64,000 nt of DNA from Amoebidium appalachense. Lineage: Eukaryota; Protista; Ichthyosporea. Within the stretch, counting starts at the first letter, position 1; every line of letters begins with the position of its first letter. Below the pieces are notes generated by a model. That model made no database searches and had not been told where the DNA came from. It saw only the letters and a program-made list of their open reading frames with translations. This document shows positions 37,369 through 63,895 of this stretch, piece after piece. A program made the position numbers and the translations under genes. Location: positions 2,544,231 through 2,608,230 of the forward strand of contig CAVNZM010000009.1 in assembly GCA_963693365.1 (NCBI GenBank), given 5' to 3'.

Positions 37369-38284
37369 GTATGTGTACGGCTATATATCCCCCCCCCCCC
37401 CCCCCCCTTTTTTTTTTCTCGGGCCCACCCACCTGGGCCCCACCCGCGATTGTGCGAATGACGGTGTGTTTACATTCAGGGAGATTTATTTTTATTCATA
37501 TTCCTTGCGTATATCGGCAATCACTGACCGCACAGGGGTGCAAGCTTTTGATATACACAACTTCATTACAGAATAGCTCTGAGAGTTTCTCCTGCGAGTA
37601 CAGATGGCATAGCATATATAGACCTTATGATCATTGCGCATTTCCATCTAGAATGCCGCATGTAAATTATCTAAAACTTTGTGACAATGATTATCCAATA
37701 TTCAAGATGTTGTGAAATAAAATACTGCTCAACCAAACATTCCTTTTTGTTGCAATTTCTCTTTCGAAACACAGTTAACTTCGCCCATTTTGGGATATGA
37801 GGAAAGTATTAACTGGCAGCTCTTACGACATATCCAATCCCAAAATTGGAACAGATAATGTATTTACGAGACAGTCAAATATTCGAAATTTTCGACAGGT
37901 ACATGGCATGCTATTTTATGTCGGTCTTCGGCACAGTAAACCTACGTCATTTTGCAACTAATTAGTAGACCATCATCACAATCTATCCACATTAATCCAT
38001 ATCTATCATTTCCAACCTCGTTATATAATCAAAAAAAAACAAAAAAAAAAAAAAACAAAACAAAAAAAAAAAAAAAAGGTATGTCACCAAGACACGTCCA
38101 AAAACGAGTCACGCTGCCCAAAAATTTCGCACCATTCTCGATCAATCCGCCTTCAACCCATCAAGCCTCAGATAAAATTACCAAATTGGTAATCCAAAAC
38201 TATGCAATATACGAAACTACTATGTTGGCAATTAGAATCTACGAATCTATCAAATACGAAAATACCAAATTAGTAATTTGAAAA

Positions 38285-47851
<9,567 letters not shown>

Positions 47852-49190
47852 TCTTTCCGTCTTAAATTCAGCGGGGCGAGTTTGGGGCAAAGTGGACAAA
47901 GAAAGAAAGGGCTCGTGAATCTTTTGATCAAGGAAAACTATTAGGCAGGGAAATAACTAAGAAAAATAAATCGGGAGCAGATAGAAGTGTCACTAACGAC
48001 GCTTGTTTTAGCTCCGCGAAATGACGGACTACGCGAAAGCCCCTTGGGTTCAAGTCACAGAGTTCAAGTAACTAAACCCACTGCTGCACATCCCTTCGTT
48101 TCCCCCAAGACCTTTCTTTCTTCACCCTGAAGGACGCCTAAACGTCTTTCTCATCACCTTATTATCCAACCTTCTATAATCCTTTACAAAAACCAATAAC
48201 AATCCCTATCACCACTACAAAACAAGGCTTGACACCTACACGTACACGAGGCAAACGTGGACGGAACAAGCCCGAATTTGAGAAAGCAAAAAAAAAAAAA
48301 AAAAAACACGGCCGGCGCGGCGCCCCCCGCATCATGCCGCCACCGCGGCGGCATGCGCCAAAAAGCCTTCATCCAATAAGGTTACCGCGATAAGAAATGG
48401 ATGGGTTTGATTGGATGCATAAAGGTAAAAAGTAATATGTTTACACAGGAAACCTATTGGCTAAAAGCTCCCCTTGTCCCAATTATACACACTGATGCGA
48501 CCAAATGATCATCGGACACTTGGTCTCGTTACAGGGGATTTTGCATCGCTCATTAAAATTTTCTACTTTTAATGGTAGGTGTGTTTCGTTTTTCTTGATA
48601 ATGACTTTTGATAATGACTTGATAATGACTGGGGGTAAACCAGTACCTGTATGGCATCGGGTATAACAACGTTCGCAGCCAAAAAAGAAAAACTGGGCTA
48701 GAGAGATAGTCAGGCAACATGTATTCACCTAAAAACAATCACTGGTCGGTTGTGTTGGTTAAAAAAAAGCGCTATAGAACGTGCGCGCCAACATGGTTTG
48801 GTAGGGCCCCGTGCTCGCCGGAACTGCCTTTTAAAACCTTGGCAACGAACCGCTGCCAACCGCTGCGGCTCTCAGTTTTGGCGATCTTCAAGGCCATGAT
48901 CAGATGAGAGAAAAATGAAAATGCGTTTCCACGTAAAAGAGTGATGTAAAGCAATATTTCCTGTTACTATAAATAAGTATTAATCAATAATGGCTTTATA
49001 AAGTAATTTTAGACGATAGTTTGGTTTTTTGTACTCCTTTTATTCTGCTAACAAGCAGGGTTAGACAATACCCCAAAAATACCCTAAAAAATACCCCACT
49101 GCCAGAAAAAAATACCCCGCCTGGAAGAGGCTGGGGTACACTACCCTTCCTGCGTAGGGTACGTGGCCGGATAGTGGAGTGTACATATAG

Positions 49191-49240
<50 letters not shown>

Positions 49241-50379
49241 AAGCACCAACTGGGGTGGGAATTCGGTGATAGGCTATTATTTTCATGCATGGGATAGTTC
49301 GGAACTTCGCTCGGTTATCCAGCACTCAGCATTATCCAGCACTCAGCAGTTAAGTAAAATGAATTTTGGTCACCGTAATGGTAAAATTGGGGAACCTTTT
49401 GACATAATCTTAAGGTTTTGGGGGCTTTTTGTTGACATTAAGTTACAATTTTCATCGCCGCTGGTGCCACTTTTGTGCTGAACTTTTAATCGCAAGCATG
49501 TTGATAGGTGTGAGTTTTTATGTCGCGTTTTACCTCTTTCCCTACGGGTGTCTGCTACACTAGCTGGCAATGTGAACACTTTAGACTTTTGGTTGAATTC
49601 TGTTGGTCGTCACATTGAGTATTTATATGATTTTCACAGTGTTCAGGTATCTCAGTATGCACTTGTTACTGGATAACTCGTGAAGTTTTTATTGTCTTCT
49701 CTGTATGCCGTGCATACTTGCATATCTTTCCGTCGAATAAATCCAGTCAAAAGAAGAAGAAAAAAGTTACGATGTCATGGCCTTACACCAGTCTGATGGT
49801 TATTTTCGTTTTTTTTTTTTTGGCGCAAAACTCCCTCCCTTCAGTCAAAACACAGCCTTCAAGTCAGTTGTCAGGTGACTCAAAGCCGGTTTTTTTTTAA
49901 GTTCTCACGTGTCACGCTTTCACCCGTGTTGTTTTTGGGCCCTTTCGCTGTAGGTCACTCTCTCCATGGGCAAACACGCGCTTCCTAGGGTAGCCCCTGT
50001 GGCTGCCAGCACTCGGCAGCCTGACCATCGCTTTTCAGATGGGAAGGAGCAGTCGAAGCCTGGCCCTAAAACACTCAAGTTGGACGATTTTCTTAAACAC
50101 GCTCGCGGTGGTCAAGGCAAAGAAGGCCAAGCAGTCTGGTACGGTCGCCACTGAAAAGTCTGTGGGCCAGAAATCGGGTGCTAATATTTCGGTTGCCAAG
50201 GAGGTGGCGGAGGTGGTGGAGGAAAATGCAGCCGTCTCTAACCCCCCGGCCCGGGGGAAGGGGGGGGGGGAGGCCTAGGGGGGGGGGGGGGGGGGGAACA
50301 ACGAGAGGGATATTACGTTGGAACTGGAAAGAAAGCCCAGTTGCCTGTAGGCGGAGGAGACAGGCAGAGAGAGAGCTGG

Positions 50380-51145
<766 letters not shown>

Positions 51146-51974
51146 TTCAGATCTCTAGAAGGGGGTGCGCGGGCGCCCCAAGAGAGGAAGTGACCGTAAG
51201 AGAAATCCTCAGGAGAAAGAATTATCTAAGAAACAACACCGTTGAAGCTAGAGACACGGAGAGAACTTAGCACACAGGAATAGGTGCGAATGTGGTGACA
51301 CTAAGCAAAGCTTTTCAGCGGGCGGCGCGCTGCGCGCGCCTCAGGCTATTCATTAAAGTTAGTCAGCAACACAATGTCTCTATCCTGAGATGAACAGGCG
51401 ATTATAACACCTAAAAGAAAGTTAGACTGGCTGTCTCAGGTTATAACGATGCGGGTAGGCGAGTGTGACATGCGTGCTCAGTGAAAACAAAATCCCTGAG
51501 TTTCAAAAGCACCTGTTTCAAGTGTGTTTTGGCTTCTGAGGGGCTGCCCGCCAGAGGATATATTTACATATTAGCGGATAAGTATACAAAGATTTATCTG
51601 ATCTATCCAAAGTAAGTATATCCTGGAAATACCCCACCTTTCGCGAGGCCAAAATGGATGACGTCACAAAACTTCGGAAAATACCCGACTTGAAACCCAA
51701 ATGTCGAACCCTGCTAACAAGATGGTATTCTGTTTACCCCTTTCATGTGTTTACACACTTCTGACCAATCCGATACCAATCCTATGACATCACCAAGCCC
51801 GAAAATTCAGAAAATTTTGAAGGTATTTTTTCAAGCCCCGATGTATTTTGGGTTTCGGGTTATGGTATTTTTCGTACCATGTCATTTGGCGGGGCACTGT
51901 TTGCGCAATCCAACCTCGGGAGTTGGCTCCGTATCATAGCCAGATGCTTGCGGGCACATGTCTTATGAGGGGCG

Positions 51975-53644
<1,670 letters not shown>

Positions 53645-53749
53645 CTTTGGAATATCCGTATCATGTGATGCCTGTATACGTATGATATCATGGTTTACCA
53701 CATGTGTTGTGTTATAATACGCAGCCATATGCATGGGGGCCGGGCGGGC

Positions 53750-53783
<34 letters not shown>

Positions 53784-54070
53784 GGGGGGGGGGGGGGGGG
53801 GGGGGGGCTTACCATGTCTTACCATGAAACCTCGGGAGGCTTACCATGAACCGAAAGTTTGTTGGTATTTTCAAAAGTTTCTGGGTATTTGTTACCGTAA
53901 AAACGGGGTTATGGTCGGGCTTGGACATCACAACAAAAAATGGCTCTCCGCAGACACCTTGTGATTGGTTAGTTTCTGGGATTGGCTTAAAACATCAAAT
54001 TTAGCGACCAAAGGTATTCGGTGGTTCAAATGCATGATCTTTTAGCCTGACTCGACCCGAACTTTCAAGT

Positions 54071-54262
54071 CACTTTCACTTCGATCTCTTAGCTGTCACG
54101 TCAACTTTCTTTTCCCGATTCTTCACCATGGCAGGTATATAAAGGCTTTCGTTTCTTCTTTGGGGACTTCACTTTCACTTCGATCTCTTAGTTGTCACGT
54201 CAACTTTTTTTTGCCCGATTCTTCACCATGGCAGGTATATAAAGGCTTTCGTTTCTTCTTTT
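54071..54262 (+). repeat. Two-copy tandem repeat (~99-bp period)
   Basis: CACTTTCACTTCGATCTC…GGTATATAAAGGCTTTCGTTTCTTCTTT occurs twice. Confidence 0.9.
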
Positions 54263-56034
54263 TGTGGTGGGAGGGAGTCCCACTCAGGGGAACGTGACTG
54301 CAGCGTGTGTGTGGTGTACATGTGGCCTGGTGTATTCCTACTGCTGAGAGTGTGGGGGCATCTCCCTTTCGCGGATTTCTCGCTTGAGAAGTGGTTTCTT
54401 CAACGCCTGGTGGTCCACTGCAACCTATGGTAACTTCTACACGCTGTCTACGCTTCTACGCGACCTATTGGCGGTGGGCTGCTGCAAGTTCTTCAGCTAC
54501 TTCTGCGCTGCGTGAGTGGAGGGGCGGCTACTTGGTCGTCGGGGAGCTTTCCAAGTGACTGCCAGTCCTTAGCCTCCAGTCGTATGGCAATGACCGGGTT
54601 TGCTTGCATGCATTCTGTAGCTGTGTTTTTCTGTGTGTCCTGCCACAACTAGGTCAGCCACCTTATCAGAGAGCTAGATGCAGTTTCTCGGGGTTAGCTA
54701 GGGGCCGGGCCTGTTGGGATTGTTCTTTAGCTCAGATTTGGTCTGCATTGCTCTTTTCGAGGCTGACTTGCTTGCTGTGCCTCGATGGGTTTTGAGGGGG
54801 GCCTGTTGGGAAGGAGCAGTAATGATGTCTTCTTGCGGAGTGTGGTCTGGTCAACATCGATGCATATGACTAGACTAAGTTGGAGCAAACTAGTTTCACG
54901 CATACACGTACACTGAAGGTTTTGCCCGCTGGTGTCATTCTTTGTCACTTGTCGCTTTATTTTTATTTCGTAGCTTTGGCTTTTTCAGTTCTATTGGTGG
55001 TTATGTACCCTGTGGCTGCACGTTGCCTTCATCAACGGATCAATAAACCCGAGTCAAAAGAAAACTTTCAAGCGCAAGCGTCCGCTGATCAACAGTAGGC
55101 CGTCTTCTTGTGAAGGGGTGCATTGTTCTTGTCAAGTGAGGCTGGCCCCTGACGACGCAGTGTGCGATGTCCGCAGCAATACAAAGTGCATAAACCCCCC
55201 CTGATCATTGGCCCGCATCAGTGTGTACTGGGAATTTCGAAAATACCAAATTGACCAAGAAGGCTGTTAGAGCAATAAAGTCAAGTGAGCAGGATGTAAA
55301 GCCATATAAAACAGTGATAAAATGATGGTTTTACTCTGATTTTTTATAGGCCTGTTATCAAAGGGCAAAAAATATCGTACTTCACTGAAAGCACCGCCTG
55401 GGCAACAGCAGGGTAGTTTGGTGTCACCGTGTCAGGCAATGATTCGTTTCAGATCACGTCATGATAGAACAGCCGCGCCTCTTATCGATCCCGGCATCAG
55501 TCCCTGGAATTTTTTCGGCGCGAAGTCGTTTTCACAAATTCACACACCAATATAACTCGTTTGCAATCAAAAAAACGAAATGATGATGAGAGCCTTTACT
55601 AACAACAGAAACATGGACTAATTATCTGTTATTCCTCAGATAACAGCAGTTTTCAGTTACAATACAACGGGCGGTCGGAGATGCCAGTAGGCCACAGCCA
55701 AGTGTACACCAAGGCCCGCACAGCTGATAACCGATTTCCTTTTTGGGACCCAATACCAACACGACGAGCACTGGCTGTGCCATGTGACACCGGCTGCCGA
55801 GTCACTGACCAGGGTGAGAAATTTATTTTTGGCTAGTGATTTTGGTTACTTTTCACCAGCCTGGGTGGCCCTAAAACAGAGCCAACAACCGGGCCGTTTC
55901 TAGGAGTATTTTCTATACATTTTGCTCTGTTAGGACCTTTTTTTTTTTTTTTTTTGGAGAATTGATGGATCTAGCCTTAAAAAGTTAGGGACAATTTTCT
56001 GCCCCCCCCCCCCCCTCCCCCCCCCCCCCCCCTG

Positions 56035-56795
56035 CCCTCCCCTCGACATGTGCACCGTCACGTCATGTCACCACTGGATTTTGCATTGAAAACAAAGCAC
56101 GTGTATAATTGCAAATAGAACAAAAGGAATCAATTCAACGTATTGTGTGTGTGCCACGGTGTGCGTCTCCACGCGTACGTGCACGTGTGTGTGTGTGTGC
56201 CAGTCAGCTGATCAGGTGGGTTGGTGTTTTGAGTGTGTGTGTGCACATCACGGTGTGTGTGACGCGTGATGTGTAATACGTGGTAAGTTCGGTATGTAGT
56301 AGAGTCGTGTTTATTCACCTTGGAGAGAATACACGCACCAGGACGGAGCACCAGGCCCGGCCTACAACTCATATGTATACTTGTATGTACTAGCTTGCAT
56401 TCAGACAGTGTGTGTTCAGTGTTTGCATAAAGGCGTGAACAATGCAACAGAAGATTTGTCTGCAGACCACAGGAGGGGTCTTTGCACTTGGCCGAAAGGT
56501 ACAAGATGTTTGTTTGGCCGTACTACAGATGTTGTAGTAAAGATTCAACCGAAGTCAAGTCTGCCTGAATTCTGCCGGAACTGAAGTTTATATACCTGGG
56601 GGGGTTTACGCTGTTTACTCGAGGCAAAGAGAACCAGTCTCAGGTATGGGGGGGGGGGTTTTGCTCGGAATATCCCCTCAGCGGTATATCATGATCACGT
56701 ACATAGATGTCGGGTGGTGACTATATATCAGGGTTTACTTTCTCTACGAGACACCATAAAGACTACAAGGAGAAATCAATTAGTTGGGGTTCCCC

Positions 56796-56847
<52 letters not shown>

Positions 56848-56880
56848 GGGCTCCCCCTCGGGACACTCGGTATCAGCTGG

Positions 56881-56955
<75 letters not shown>

Positions 56956-59015
56956 TGCGCTATAATTTTGTAGTGATGTGTTTCTCAAGCCAATCAATAC
57001 ATCTAATAAACAGGTCGTAGTTACGCGTGTTTAGTATAAAATCAAGGATGTTGTAATTTACAGGTAGGCTATCTTTCTGGGTGTCTGTTGTGAATGTGAC
57101 GTGTGTGTGTTGCGGTATTATGTGGTCTATCAAACTACATTTGGCGATACATGACCGGTTAAACTGGTGTGTGTGTGTGTTGTTTGGGCATGCAAATGAT
57201 GCCACCTTATACTTATTAGATCTCCACTGTATAGCACGTGTACAGTAAAAGCGTGGTAATTGATCAATAATACCATCAGCTAGAGAAAGACCAGTTCTAC
57301 AGGAAGGTAATATGTATTTAGGTGTTATACACTTGCGAGTGCCATATTTGGCAATATGGTTGAGGCGGTCAGTATATATAAAACGAGACATAAGGCTTAG
57401 TTTTTCAAGGTGTATGCTTTCATCGGGTCTAGTGTCGTGTGGTATCTTTTTCCATTTGTTATATTGCGTGATTATCTTGTGATTGTGTACATGTTTAATA
57501 AGTAAGTGGCAGTCCAAAGTCACACACACACTATTGCGGGGTTTATTTGTATTTGTGCCCAGGGGAGAAGGGGAGAGAGAGGGGAGGAAAGAGGGGAGAG
57601 GTGAGGAGGGGACAGGTCGGATAGAGAAGAGAGGGTGGGAGGGCAAATACTTCTTTAAGCGGCTTATGTGCTTATTGAATTTCAGCGCGAGATAGGATAC
57701 TCTAGCAGCTATTGGGACCAGACCATATATCGAGAGCGTTACAGGCCCAGGTTTACAACAGTTGTTAGATAGAAAGGAGGCAACTTCTGCTTCAAGGAAA
57801 TTTGCCAAGGGTTTAAGCGCTCTAGTTCTCTCTTTCTTGATCCAAGCGGCGAGAAGGGGTAAACCATATTCACATGCCGGGAAGACAAAAGTGCGAATAA
57901 ATGTAAGTCTAATAGAAGGATGGAGGGGTGTGTCTTTAAAAATATTAGCCGAGAAGAAAGCTAACCGCTTACGAGCCAACTCTACCCTCTTTTCGACCAT
58001 ATGGGGAAACATAACACCAACAGAATCAACCGGAACACCAAGATATTTGTATTCTGGAACTATAGGTACAGGTTTAGATGATAATGTAAATGTGTGTAAA
58101 TTGTTAGCTATATCAGGTACAAGAACACCACATTTGTCTATGTTAAGGATCATAAGGTTTGCCTTGCACCACTCTGACACTACATCGAACAATCTTTGCA
58201 GGCGTCTAGGGGTACGGGCAAGGAGGGACAGATCATCAGCATAGAGAAGTGCAGGCGGAAAGTTAATATACCTGGGGCCGGTCCAGCAGGATCGATGCCC
58301 GGCTTCCGATTGGCTAACAGGCCGGTATTCTCAAAATTGGAGTCCGGACAACAATTTTCTGATTGGCATACAAATATCATTGGTGGAGCGAAAATCCAAA
58401 ATGATCGGACGCAGCCACCTATGTTGAAGTGAAGCTATATCAAAAGAAGAGCATTTGAGGCCCAAGTGATTAGCTTGGAGAACAGAAAAAAAAAAAGAAA
58501 AAAAAAAAAGAAACGCGTACGTGAGGGCGGATTCCCGTCCTAGTAGGCCGTGCTCACTGGTGGTCACGGTCGGCTTCTAAAGATGTTGTATGGCTGCAAG
58601 TTTCTTGCCGTCCGTGCCCCGTGTCGTGTACACAGACCCGGATCCGATGTACAGTAACATGATGTACTCTGTGCACGTGTTCGTTGAAGCCGTGTACGGC
58701 TGTGGTAGGTTGTGATTGGCACACCTAAATCATGTTTTCGTTGATTGGTGGACCTAAATTTCGTATTTGGTTCTCTCAATACCACTTTCGTGCAGTTATA
58801 CAACAGTGTGTATGTCGGGCCGAGGCTTCCCTCCCCTCGACATGTGCACCGTCACGTCATGTCACCACTGGATTTTGCATTGAAAACAAAGCACGTGTAT
58901 AATCACAAATAGGAGTCCATTCAACGTATTGTGTGTGTGCCACCGTGTGTGCCTCCACGTGCACGTGTGTGTGTGCCAGTCAGGTGGGTTGGTGTTTTGA
59001 GTGTGTGTGCACATG
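56035..59015 (+). repeat. Pair of ~200-bp direct repeats (56035-56250 and 58829-59015)
   Basis: CCCTCCCCTCGACATGTGCACCGTCACGTCATGTCACCACTGGATTTTGCATTG… is shared by both copies. Confidence 0.85.
56602..58259 (-). mobile_element. 5'-truncated non-LTR retrotransposon (LINE), RT C-terminal half
   Basis: In-frame ALLYADDLSLLA (YADD at 58243-58232), WCKANLMILNIDKC and YKYLGV, open to the stop at 56960. A (CA)n tract and long poly-A follow. Candidate 18-bp TSD AAGTT(T/A)ATATACCTGGGG at 56584-56601 and 58260-58277. Confidence 0.88.
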
Positions 59016-59033
59016 TGTGTGTGTGGGGAGGGG

Positions 59034-59075
<42 letters not shown>

Positions 59076-59590
59076 TGACGCCTTCGACGGCAACAGAAAA
59101 CGCGGAGGGTGGACACATTCTACATACATGTGTATCTGTAATTGGCAGTAACTGTTCTTAGTAGGTATGCCACAACTGTATCAGTATGCCTATCATATGG
59201 GCCATCAATCCGATCGCGGCCAGCCAATCATCTTTTGCCACATTGTCACATAATATTGCATGGTTATTTATTCAAACGATACCAACAACCATTTGCAAGC
59301 TGGCCATCATCAATACACACTACTTATTAACCGTACTTCTGAAGGGTTTCTTGTGGATGATAAAATCTGGCTGCGGGCCTAACATTAGACTACACACCGT
59401 GCTGTGGCTGTCTAATTAAGGGGTAATAGAAGGCAACCCATGTACTAGTATATCACACCAGCGCCAGCTATAATATAACTCATCATTCTGCCTCACTATT
59501 ACACGAATACACATCATAGACTACACCTCTCTACTCTCCCATTTATTTCAACAAGCAACTATGCATCCGGATCATAACAACACGTATGCA

Positions 59591-59914
59591 CTAATACCCG
59601 ACCACTTCCGAGTCGACAGGGACCAACCCGTACATCGAGCCGGTCTGTTTGCCGGCCCGAATTAGCCTCTCATCCTCCGAGTCGGGCACACCGTACCAGC
59701 AGTCATCCTCAATGCGAAGGGCATTGCTTCCGCGCGGCAGGCGGAAGAAGCCCATCTCACCCCAGTACGTGCCTGTGCAGAATATCATATGTCGGTCAGC
59801 ACCTCAAGCCCACACAGACACCTAAGATACCTGTCAAGTAACTATACAGCTACACTGTATGTACGGTGTACACGCCTCGCTACAAATAACCATGTGTCAT
59901 TATGTATTAAAGAG

Positions 59915-59958
<44 letters not shown>

Positions 59959-60088
59959 CACACACACACACACACACAGGGTGGGGCCCACCCGGTATGA
60001 TGCTAACAGACACACCAGAATGGTCAGGTCCCCGTAAGCGCACGTGCCCACTTGCACCCACAGGTAGCACGAAAGAAGATAGATTTTG

Positions 60089-60151
<63 letters not shown>

Positions 60152-60251
60152 AAAAGCACAACTGCCTGCCCTTTCCCTGCACCCACACTAAGTCAACATT
60201 CAATTTCGGTGCTACATAGGGAGAGGGGCTGAGTGAAAGTAGAGAAAGGTG

Positions 60252-60304
<53 letters not shown>

Positions 60305-60421
60305 CACAACTGCCTGCCCTTTCCCTGCACCCACACTAAGTCAACATTCGATTTCGGTGCTGGGTGCTGACACTTTCCTATCTTTCTTTCTTTTCTTTTT
60401 CTTTTTCTTTTTTGGGTGCGT

Positions 60422-60452
<31 letters not shown>

Positions 60453-60483
60453 TTGGGTGGTTGGTTGGTTGGTTTGAAAAAAG

Positions 60484-60573
<90 letters not shown>

Positions 60574-60574
60574 T

Positions 60575-60615
<41 letters not shown>

Positions 60616-60775
60616 GGTGATGTATTCTTTAGAGGGTTGGAAATATGGAGGAGACAACAAAGAGGAACAACAAGCGTCACAAAAATGGGAATTTCAAAAT
60701 CAAACAATTTGTGCGTGCAGGCAGAAGACACTTGAACAGAGCCCATCATCAGGGGGGTTCCTATGCCTTCACCAA

Positions 60776-60807
<32 letters not shown>

Positions 60808-63317
60808 CTAACCCCATGAGTTGCGGATGACCCAGAACTTGCCCTCCTTCTCGTTCTCTCCCCAGCCCACAATCTCCACGTCGTGGTCAATCTCGGTCTC
60901 GTTGGTCTTGCCGCGCCACACCCCCCCACGGTAGTTGAAGTTAAGGTCGTCATACGAGATCACACCTGTGTGTGTGCGTGTTGGTTTTTAGGTGTGTGTA
61001 GCTCTACATATTCCCCCACTTCCCCCCCCCTCCCCCCCCAAACACAAAAATTACAAAAAAAAAAAAAAAAAACCACCCACACACACATTCCTCCTTGCCC
61101 GTGGAGCCTACCACTGCAAAGTTTTTTGCCCACTGCATCCGATTCTGATTCTTCAGTCGAAAATGCTATGCTGCCCCCTTCCACACCACCATCACAATAC
61201 ACACACAAACACACATCTCGTGACACAGACGTCCAAATAGCACACACGCAAACAAAGAAGAACAAGGGAGCAACAAAGCACACGAAAAGCAACCCCCAAA
61301 AACCACAAAAAGCTAGTGGAGGCATAAGCAGTAGTGTGTTTGAGAAGGTGGGGATAGGGTGGAAAGGTGGATAGGTGGATGTGCTTGTGGTTGTGCATGT
61401 GTGTGTGTGCGCGCGCGGAGCGCGAGTGTTTGCGTGCACTTCTCTCCGTGGGTGTGTTAGCCCCCCTCTCCCCCCCCACCCCCCTTTTTTTTTGGGGGGG
61501 GGGGGGGGGGGGGGGGGGGGAGAGAGGGAGAAGGGGGTTGTGTGTGCTTGCATGTATGTACTTAAGTGTGTATTACACCCTGGGGAGGGGGGGGGGGGGG
61601 GGGGGGGGTTATATACATACCGCAGGTAATGGGGCCGTTCTGGTGGATCTCCATCATCATAGCCTCCACACTGCGAGGCACTGGGCCCCACTCCTTCACT
61701 GCAATCCCATCCATCGGTCAATACCCTGAACCTCCCTCCCTCCCCCTCCCCCCCAAACACACACACAAACACATTTTTCTCGTATGCTATCGCATAATCA
61801 TGCCCCCACAATCTCCTCAGAGACCATGTGTCCGCTACCCTCCCCCCTCCCCCCTCCCCCCTCCCCTCCCCCCCCCCCCCCAACACACACACACACCCAC
61901 CATATACACACACATGCACACCCACTCATTCAGACGATAGATCCCCATTTGACAACCAAAATCCCACCTTGAGCACCGGCATCCACACTTAGATCCTACA
62001 AATCCGTCATACACCTCGCTAATTATTGAATAACGGAAGCTACGCCATGCGCATGAGAGAAAACCCCAGGACAGTATAGGGAAGGTGAAATCAGATTGAC
62101 AGATATATATTTGGTCAGATAAACTCATCACGAGGGGAAAACTTGGACAAAATGCGAGATATAATTGGACAACATGTGGGGGAAACTTGCACAAAATGCA
62201 ACACAATTTTGGACACAATGGGAGATAGATTTGGCCAGAATGCGAGAAAAACATGGACAAAAAGGAGTTAAACCCACCGGTGTAGCGGATGGGGTGTTTG
62301 ATGCCCCAGCACTCCTTCTTGACTGGGGTGCCATACATCATGCAGTTGATGCAGTAGCCCTCAAGGGGACATGCCTTGGCGTTCTTGCCGTACTGTGTGT
62401 GCGCCACCCGTACATGTTAGCACCATGCAGCGTTTTTTAAAATACCTTTTGCTCAAGCAAAAAACCGGACTGATGTCGGCCACATGAAAACAAAAGGCTA
62501 AAGCACTTGTACACTCTTGTACAGTGCTTAACCTCTTGAGGACCGTTAATTTCTCGACATCGAGATCGAGGTCACCAGCACGGAAACGACCAAGTTTGTG
62601 CTCTAATGTGAACATGAAGTTGATAGGAACTAGCCAAATGAAAGTTGCACGAGATTAGAAAATACACTTATCCTTCGTCTTATGCCCCAAAAAAAATTGA
62701 ACTTTACTCTAATAACGATACCCTTGTATTTGGTGTATCTACAAAGGGTGCTTGCCGGCTTGACGAGTCAATGACGACATCGAAATGCTGTCAAATGCAA
62801 TCTTCTGATTGGATCATGGTGAAAATGGCTCCAAATGGCCAAACATGATTGGCCGGTTCAGTCAACATTCGACGGCAACTCAAAATCTCGAAAGTCACTT
62901 CAGAAGCAGATATAAAAGTATACGAAATAATGATATTTTCCCAAAACCATCTTAGTAACGTTTGTAGGTACATATACCTGTCGGCATATGCTTTTTTTTA
63001 TTTATATATATAGCTTTTTCTATCGATTTTGAGCCGCAACAGAGTTGTTTAGGACCCAACCGGGAGCCGGTAAAATCAATTATTCCGGTCCTCTAGAGGG
63101 TGATTATTTTAGTTGTGAGGGTTGCAGCTCTTCCCGATACTGAACCCGTTGTTCCCATTGAACAGGGCTTGTATTACACACACAGACACTAATAGCTGTG
63201 TGTATTCTATCTTGCTTGTATGGAAAACCTTGTTTGCCCCGTCCACCTTATATTTTCACCCGATCCATGCAAAAACCTTTAACCAACTGCTGCGACCTCC
63301 AAACCGTAACAAAAAGC

Positions 63318-63359
<42 letters not shown>

Positions 63360-63516
63360 ACCCCCCCCCCCCCCCCACACACACACACACAGCACCACCA
63401 CCACACGTACACACCCCACCCACCCACATAAACACACAAACAGAAGGGGGGGAAGGGGGGAGGGGGGAGAGGGGGAGGGACAGAATAAATAAAAAACATC
63501 AAAGACGATGGCAACG

Positions 63517-63582
<66 letters not shown>

Positions 63583-63761
63583 ACCTTCTTGTAGTCGACA
63601 GCGTTGTAAGGGTTGCAGGTCTCGTCGGGCAGACCATAAAGGCGCATGTACTCAAACACGTCACGAGGCTCACCGCCACCACACCCATTGCTCAGTTTGT
63701 GGAAGGGCGCACAGTCCAGAACCGTCTGGCGGCCAAACATTACGGGTGCATACTTGCCGCC
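59591..63761 (-). CDS. CTSZ: Cathepsin Z/X-like papain-family protease, 5'-partial. Exons 63761-63585, 62392-62278, 61698-61621, 60965-60813, 59772-59591
   Basis: QTVLDC…GCGGG…GLPDETCNPY, MMMEIHQNGPITCG, catalytic His in IDHDVEIVGWG and Asn in WVIRNSWGTYWGEMGFFR. Junctions are in phase. Confidence 0.88.
60617..60774 (-). repeat. Representative copy of intronic element family B
   Basis: Highly similar to 8207-8366 and more distantly to 6460-6627 and ~46370-46425. Core CTGATGATGGGCTCTGTTCAAGTGTCTTCTGCC. Confidence 0.85.
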
Positions 63762-63864
63762 CTGTGTGGTTGGGGGTGGTGGTGGTGAGAAAGGTGTGAG
63801 CAACTACACAACTCAAGAAAATGTTCTGCATGTGATCGTGCAATGAAAGGAATCTGCAGAGAAA

Positions 63865-63895
<31 letters not shown>

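Noticed and set aside
56035-59015. LTR retrotransposon defined by the 200-bp direct repeats
   Set aside because: There are no TG…CA ends, PBS or PPT. The enclosed RT is a LINE-type fragment with poly-A and its own candidate TSD.
60151-60362. Duplicated ~60-bp unit after poly-A tracts
   Set aside because: It is a simple local tandem duplication within a cathepsin intron, with no further structure seen.
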